DNA from: a virus
Taxonomy: Duplodnaviria > Caudoviricetes
Strand: one strand, 5' to 3'
DNA: 26,847 nucleotides
IMG/VR virus record: IMGVR_UViG_3300025819_000130
Coordinates: 1-26,847 of that record
Shown here: one piece after another, positions 22,772 through 26,847 of the stretch
How the letters are laid out: every line of letters begins with the position of its first letter
Position numbering within the stretch: the first letter of the stretch is position 1
The notes under the pieces: generated by a model
What the model saw: only the letters and a program-made list of their open reading frames with translations
Told to the model about the DNA's origin: nothing
Database searches by the model: none
Program-made: the position numbers and the translations under genes

Positions 22772-23446
22772 ATGGCAAGTTTACTTAAGCCGCCAGTTTG
22801 TACTAATTGCAACTCAGTTAATATACATAGAGAGTTCCATCCTGAGCGTTGGGTATGTGATTGTTGTAATTTTGTTATTGTTTCCAGACCAATGAGAAAT
22901 AATCCTGGTAAGTGTAGAGTGTGTGGAATTGATAGAGGAAAGGTTGAATTTAAGAAAGGCAGTAATATATGTAAGAGATGTCTCTCCGACTACAACAGAA
23001 AGTACTTGGAGGCCAACAAAGAGCGCCTATGCAATCGCCGGCGCATTTTGTACCGCCTAAACAGAGATAAACGCAAGGAAAGCGTCAGGAAGGCGGTTCA
23101 GAAGTCTCCCGAAGCGTTTATTAAGAATTTGTTATATCATATTAGGAAAAAATCTAATAAGCATGTAGTAAGCATAGATTATAATTACTTAATAAATTTG
23201 TATGAAAAACAAAGACACAAGTGCGCTTTATCTGGTTTGATGATGACATTTGAATTTAACAACCCTCGCAGCATTAGTATTGATCGCATAGATTCTTTGA
23301 AAGGATACGAGGTTGGTAACGTTCAGCTAGTTTGTCAAGCTTTCAATTGGATGAAAAACAAAATGACACAAGAACAAGCAAAGCAAATATTAGATGATTA
23401 TTATGTTAACAGACGCAATCGCACACATGGCAACAAGCTCATATAA
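22772..23446 (+). CDS. HNH-type (His-Me finger) endonuclease-like protein with zinc ribbons, paralog 1
   Basis: CTNC/CDCC and CRVC/CKRC zinc ligands; CALSG...SIDRIDSLKGYEVGNVQLVCQAFNWMK. Confidence 0.8.
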   Translation: MASLLKPPVCTNCNSVNIHREFHPERWVCDCCNFVIVSRPMRNNPGKCRVCGIDRGKVEFKKGSNICKRCLSDYNRKYLEANKERLCNRRRILYRLNRDKRKESVRKAVQKSPEAFIKNLLYHIRKKSNKHVVSIDYNYLINLYEKQRHKCALSGLMMTFEFNNPRSISIDRIDSLKGYEVGNVQLVCQAFNWMKNKMTQEQAKQILDDYYVNRRNRTHGNKLI

Positions 23447-23537
23447 CAGGTGGGTGGGCAAAAACGTGCCAGCCAGCCTCGTCCGGCCTGTATTTTACCA
23501 GCTTGTTGTCATGTATAAGAAAGCGGATTGATGGCAT

Positions 23538-24089
23538 ATGAAAAGTGGGTCTTCAAAATGTAGGGTGTGTGGGATTGGAAGGGAAGAGGCAGAATTTAAG
23601 AAGAGCGGCAACATATGCAAAAAGTGTCTTTCTGACTATAATAAGAAATATAGTGAAATGAATAGAGCGCGGCTCAGGGAAAGAAACAAGATTCTATATC
23701 AATTAAATAAGGAGAAGAGAAAAGAAGCCGCAAGGAAAGCGGCTCAGAGGTCGCCAGAAGCCTTTATCAGGAATTTGTTGTGTCAAATAAACAAAAACAA
23801 GGCAAAGAGGGGGATTGCTGTTAATATAGACTATGATTATTTGATAAGCTTGTATGAAAAGCAAGGGCACAGATGTGCCATCTCTGATTTGATAATGACA
23901 TTTGAATTTAATAATCCTCGCAGCATTAGTGTTGATCGCATAGATTCATCTAGGGGGTATGAACCAGGCAATGTTCAACTGGTTTGTCAGGCCTTTAACT
24001 GGATGAAGAATAAAGCCATCCAAGAGCAGATAACCAAAATGCTTGATGATTATTATGCTGAAAGGTGTAATGCTGAGAATAATCAATGA
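23538..24089 (+). CDS. HNH-type endonuclease-like protein, paralog 2
   Basis: CRVC/CKKC; CAISD...SVDRIDSSRGYEPGNVQLVCQAFNWMK. Confidence 0.8.
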   Translation: MKSGSSKCRVCGIGREEAEFKKSGNICKKCLSDYNKKYSEMNRARLRERNKILYQLNKEKRKEAARKAAQRSPEAFIRNLLCQINKNKAKRGIAVNIDYDYLISLYEKQGHRCAISDLIMTFEFNNPRSISVDRIDSSRGYEPGNVQLVCQAFNWMKNKAIQEQITKMLDDYYAERCNAENNQ

Positions 24090-26266
24090 ACATTGCTGAA
24101 AGAAATAGGATGCTCTGTGAGATGTATAGTAATGGTGCAACCATACCACAGATATCTAAGCATAGTGGTTTGTCCATGACACAACTAAGCAGAATATTTA
24201 GGAAAAATGGGGTAAAGAGAAAGAAGTATGAGCTGGACAGAGAATATTTCGAGCTCAATAAAGACAAGTCCCTAAGAAACATCAGTGAGGAGACTGGTAT
24301 ACCAATTAGAAGAGTATATCATCTGCACAACATTGCATGTGGAAAAAAGACAACGAGGGGGAAGACGGATTTTACAGACCATTCTCCATCTGTTGACCCA
24401 GGTCTCATCAATGACAGGGAATGGTTAATAAAGAAATATGTTTTGGAGAAAAAGGGAACCCCAACCATAGCTAGAATTCTTGCCTGTAAGTGTTCGGATG
24501 TTTGCCGTGCTCTTAAACAGCATGGCATAAATAGGCGAACCACAGAAGCAACAATGGAGTCTAAGAAGAAATGTCCACCAAAAGAATGGTTGGAAAGCAC
24601 ATATGTTGCAAAAGGGTGGTCAATACAAAAATGTGCCAAAGAGTTTGGTTGCAGTTGGAACTCTGTGTATTCGGCTCTAAGAAAGCATGGAATTGGTGTT
24701 CGTAGCGCATCAGAGCAGCATTCTAGTAGACTAAATGAATTCTTTGGGAAAAGACATTCAGATGATATCAAAAAATTGTGTGCCGAGGTCGGTGCCAGAT
24801 ATGGCGCCGAATATTGGACCACTGGCAATGTTGATGCTAAGGTTGCTTTGGCAACAGTGGCTTCTAGGGAGCTGTGGTCTGATCCTGCTCGCAGAACAGA
24901 AGCCTCCAAGAAAATTGCAGAGCTGTGTCAAAGTGGCAAATGTAATTCTAAGGCTGTGCCATTTCATGCCAAAAATGGCAATGTGATTCTTATGAGATCC
25001 TCGTGGGAAGCTGTGGTTGCCAGGGTGATTGATGAGTCTCATGTTGTTAAAGAGTGGAAGTATGAACACATTAAAATTCCGTATGAGTCTGGTGGTTCTG
25101 TTCAACACTTTGTTGTTGATTTCTATGTCGAATGGATTGATGGGCTCAAGACACTTATAGAATGTAAAAATCGGCATTTGTTGTTAAAACCAAATGAGCA
25201 GTTGAAGATCAAGGCCTTGGATGAATATTGTAAACGTAACGGATATGGTTATGTGTTGGTCCAGGATGAAGATGAAATAAAGAAGATTGAAGTTGGTTAT
25301 GTTAATCGCATACGGTGGGTAACTGATTATAGATATAAGGTTGGGCGTGAATATTTGGGTGACCCCAAATTAATGCATGAAATTATGTTTCACGAAATTA
25401 TTGATAAGATATGTCCTTGGAAATATCCGTCATATACTAATGATGAATTGGCAGTGGATTTGGAGCGTGTTAAGAATGAAAGTCTTGCCGGGTATGTTTC
25501 AAATGGTAACATGCATTCTACGGCCCCAAATCGTGGTGGTATGCCAGGAAGACTGATCATGCAGCATTTTAACCCGCATTTTTGGGATGTTGCGCCGATT
25601 GGCAGGAAGGCGCTGCCATTGGTGTTTAATGATAGGGCGGCAATATATGAATGCTTGTCCATATCGCGCGATGAAAATGAATCTTTATCATTTGAGAGGC
25701 TTCTTAGAGAGATTAATTTTCATAAGACTAAATATGGTCGTGCATCACATTTTGCCCCTGGGTTTGCCAGAGTTGTTATTAGAAAATTTGGTATGTCTGG
25801 CAAGAGGATGTTTGATCCTTGTTGTGGTTGGGGTGGAAGATTAATTGGTGCTCACATAGAGGGTTGTAAATATGGTGGTGCTGAATTGTCAGCAAAGACC
25901 TTTGCTGGGTTGGTTAATATTGCGAGGTTTATTGGTGCTGATTGTGGTATATATAATGCGTCGTGTCTAGATGTTGAGTGGGATGGCGATTTTATTTTTA
26001 CTTCGCCGCCATTTTATAATAAAGAATTATACGTTGGTGATGGTCAACCATGGGTGGTTTATAAATCGAGACCAGAGTGGATAGACGGCTTTATTAGGCC
26101 ATTTATTGCCAAGGTTGGTTCAAGGTTGTGTATTTTGTATTTGGATAGAGAAACTAAAGAAGACTATGAATCGATTAGAAGATTTGATGAGATAATTGTT
26201 ATTCGGAATAGGAAACACGCCAGAAAAAGGGCTGGTGAAGAATATCTTTGCGTATATAATCCTTGA
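24086..26266 (+). CDS. Multidomain protein: HTH repeats + NUMOD3-like motif + TnsA/gp4-like PD-(D/E)xK nuclease + amino-DNA methyltransferase
   Basis: About four HTH-like units; FFGKRHSDDIK; MRSSWE...WKYE..IPY...VDFYV...IECK; FDPCCGWGGRL (SAM motif I, 25811) and FTSPPFY (motif IV, about 26000). Confidence 0.8.
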   Translation: MNIAERNRMLCEMYSNGATIPQISKHSGLSMTQLSRIFRKNGVKRKKYELDREYFELNKDKSLRNISEETGIPIRRVYHLHNIACGKKTTRGKTDFTDHSPSVDPGLINDREWLIKKYVLEKKGTPTIARILACKCSDVCRALKQHGINRRTTEATMESKKKCPPKEWLESTYVAKGWSIQKCAKEFGCSWNSVYSALRKHGIGVRSASEQHSSRLNEFFGKRHSDDIKKLCAEVGARYGAEYWTTGNVDAKVALATVASRELWSDPARRTEASKKIAELCQSGKCNSKAVPFHAKNGNVILMRSSWEAVVARVIDESHVVKEWKYEHIKIPYESGGSVQHFVVDFYVEWIDGLKTLIECKNRHLLLKPNEQLKIKALDEYCKRNGYGYVLVQDEDEIKKIEVGYVNRIRWVTDYRYKVGREYLGDPKLMHEIMFHEIIDKICPWKYPSYTNDELAVDLERVKNESLAGYVSNGNMHSTAPNRGGMPGRLIMQHFNPHFWDVAPIGRKALPLVFNDRAAIYECLSISRDENESLSFERLLREINFHKTKYGRASHFAPGFARVVIRKFGMSGKRMFDPCCGWGGRLIGAHIEGCKYGGAELSAKTFAGLVNIARFIGADCGIYNASCLDVEWDGDFIFTSPPFYNKELYVGDGQPWVVYKSRPEWIDGFIRPFIAKVGSRLCILYLDRETKEDYESIRRFDEIIVIRNRKHARKRAGEEYLCVYNP

Positions 26267-26313
26267 TAACAAGTTTATTAGTATTTCACACACAAGACGT
26301 TGTGAGTAACCAT

Positions 26314-26847
26314 ATGGATGTTATAAGAGCCGGAGAAAATTTTCTAGACTATGTGTTGCCGAGTGGTGTTACTGTTGTACATTTCACTGATGAAAGTAGC
26401 AAGTGTGGCAACTGTGTGCGATTGCTGCACGATGTGGAATTAATTGCCAACAATATTGACGACGTTAGGTGTGTGATTGTTAATCTAAAGACATATCCAC
26501 TGGTAAGGGCTAAGTATGGGTTTGTTGGTAATTATATAACACAGATATATAAAGATGGTAAGTTCTTGAAACAATACACTCCCGGAGCTGGTGGATATGA
26601 GGAATTTTGTGCGGCGATAGCAAAGGCTAAAGCTGGCCAGCCGATAGATAGCATCTTTGATTTGTTGAATGAAAACAAGAGCAGGCAGAAGCATGAGTTT
26701 GTTGTTGAAAGAGTGCCAGTTTCAGAATTGAACAAATGGGTTGCTGCTGAAGAGAATAAGCCGAAACTGCTTCGTATGCCGACTCACAGTTTTGTAGATC
26801 CAACAACCAATGAATGGGTTATTATATACATTGACATTTCTGGCTGA
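26314..26847 (+). CDS. Thioredoxin-fold protein with CGNC motif and C-terminal extension
   Basis: VVHF...KCGNC, then VIVN...LVRAKYG...IYKDGK, a thioredoxin-like pattern. Start uncertain (TTG 26263 or ATG 26314); stop falls at the last base of the window. Confidence 0.65.
   Translation: MDVIRAGENFLDYVLPSGVTVVHFTDESSKCGNCVRLLHDVELIANNIDDVRCVIVNLKTYPLVRAKYGFVGNYITQIYKDGKFLKQYTPGAGGYEEFCAAIAKAKAGQPIDSIFDLLNENKSRQKHEFVVERVPVSELNKWVAAEENKPKLLRMPTHSFVDPTTNEWVIIYIDISG

Noticed and set aside
23446-23491. GC-rich intergenic segment as a structured RNA or terminator
   Set aside because: Only short imperfect stems (ACAGG/CCTGT, GGCA/TGCC); not enough to support a call.
776-26735. Numerous minus-strand ORFs (for example 6490..7209, 15117..15803, 20489..21121, 24319..24909) and nested plus-strand ORFs
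   Set aside because: They lie over motif-supported or tightly tiled plus-strand genes, have no recognisable motifs, and show the composition expected of antisense or off-frame shadows.
1-26847. Stop-codon reassignment as seen in some large phages
   Set aside because: Conserved genes are full length in the standard code, and TAA (capsid), TAG (sheath) and TGA (tube, protease) all occur at the expected C-termini.
1-26847. General cysteine/valine richness as a sign of a disulfide system or a particular host
   Set aside because: The coding strand is visibly G/T-skewed (TGT, GTT, GAT codons), which can explain it; host assignment is not supportable from this window.

Overview
A 26.8-kb stretch of a large T4-like (myovirus) phage genome. 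All credible genes are on the + strand and read normally in the standard bacterial code. From left to right: the 3' end of a GPT collagen-like fibre gene and two more likely virion genes; a permuted NlpC/P60 (YiiX-like) enzyme; a gp13-like neck protein whose N-terminus is replaced by a degenerate zincin-like domain; a JAB/MPN-like metalloprotein; gp14-like and gp15-like neck/tail-terminator genes; a large tail sheath; two tail-tube-family genes; a gp26/gp51-like baseplate pair; a long acidic putative prohead core protein; the gp21-like prohead protease; three unknown head-module genes; the gp22-like scaffold; and the gp23-like major capsid protein, closed by a rho-independent terminator. Downstream are two paralogous HNH-type nucleases, an HTH/NUMOD3/TnsA-like nuclease-DNA methyltransferase fusion and a thioredoxin-like gene. 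I recognised no portal, terminase, tape measure, tRNA or CRISPR array. The signals most worth following up are: a non-T4 candidate late promoter TCAAAHWTAW in front of six transcription units; a candidate +1 frameshift (TTT_TTT_CGC) joining the gp26- and gp51-like genes; a three-fold peptidase cassette in the neck region whose JAB protein has a capsid-targeting-like leader; and the nuclease-methylase fusion. Family calls come from motif recognition by eye, not database searches, and the host cannot be determined from this window.
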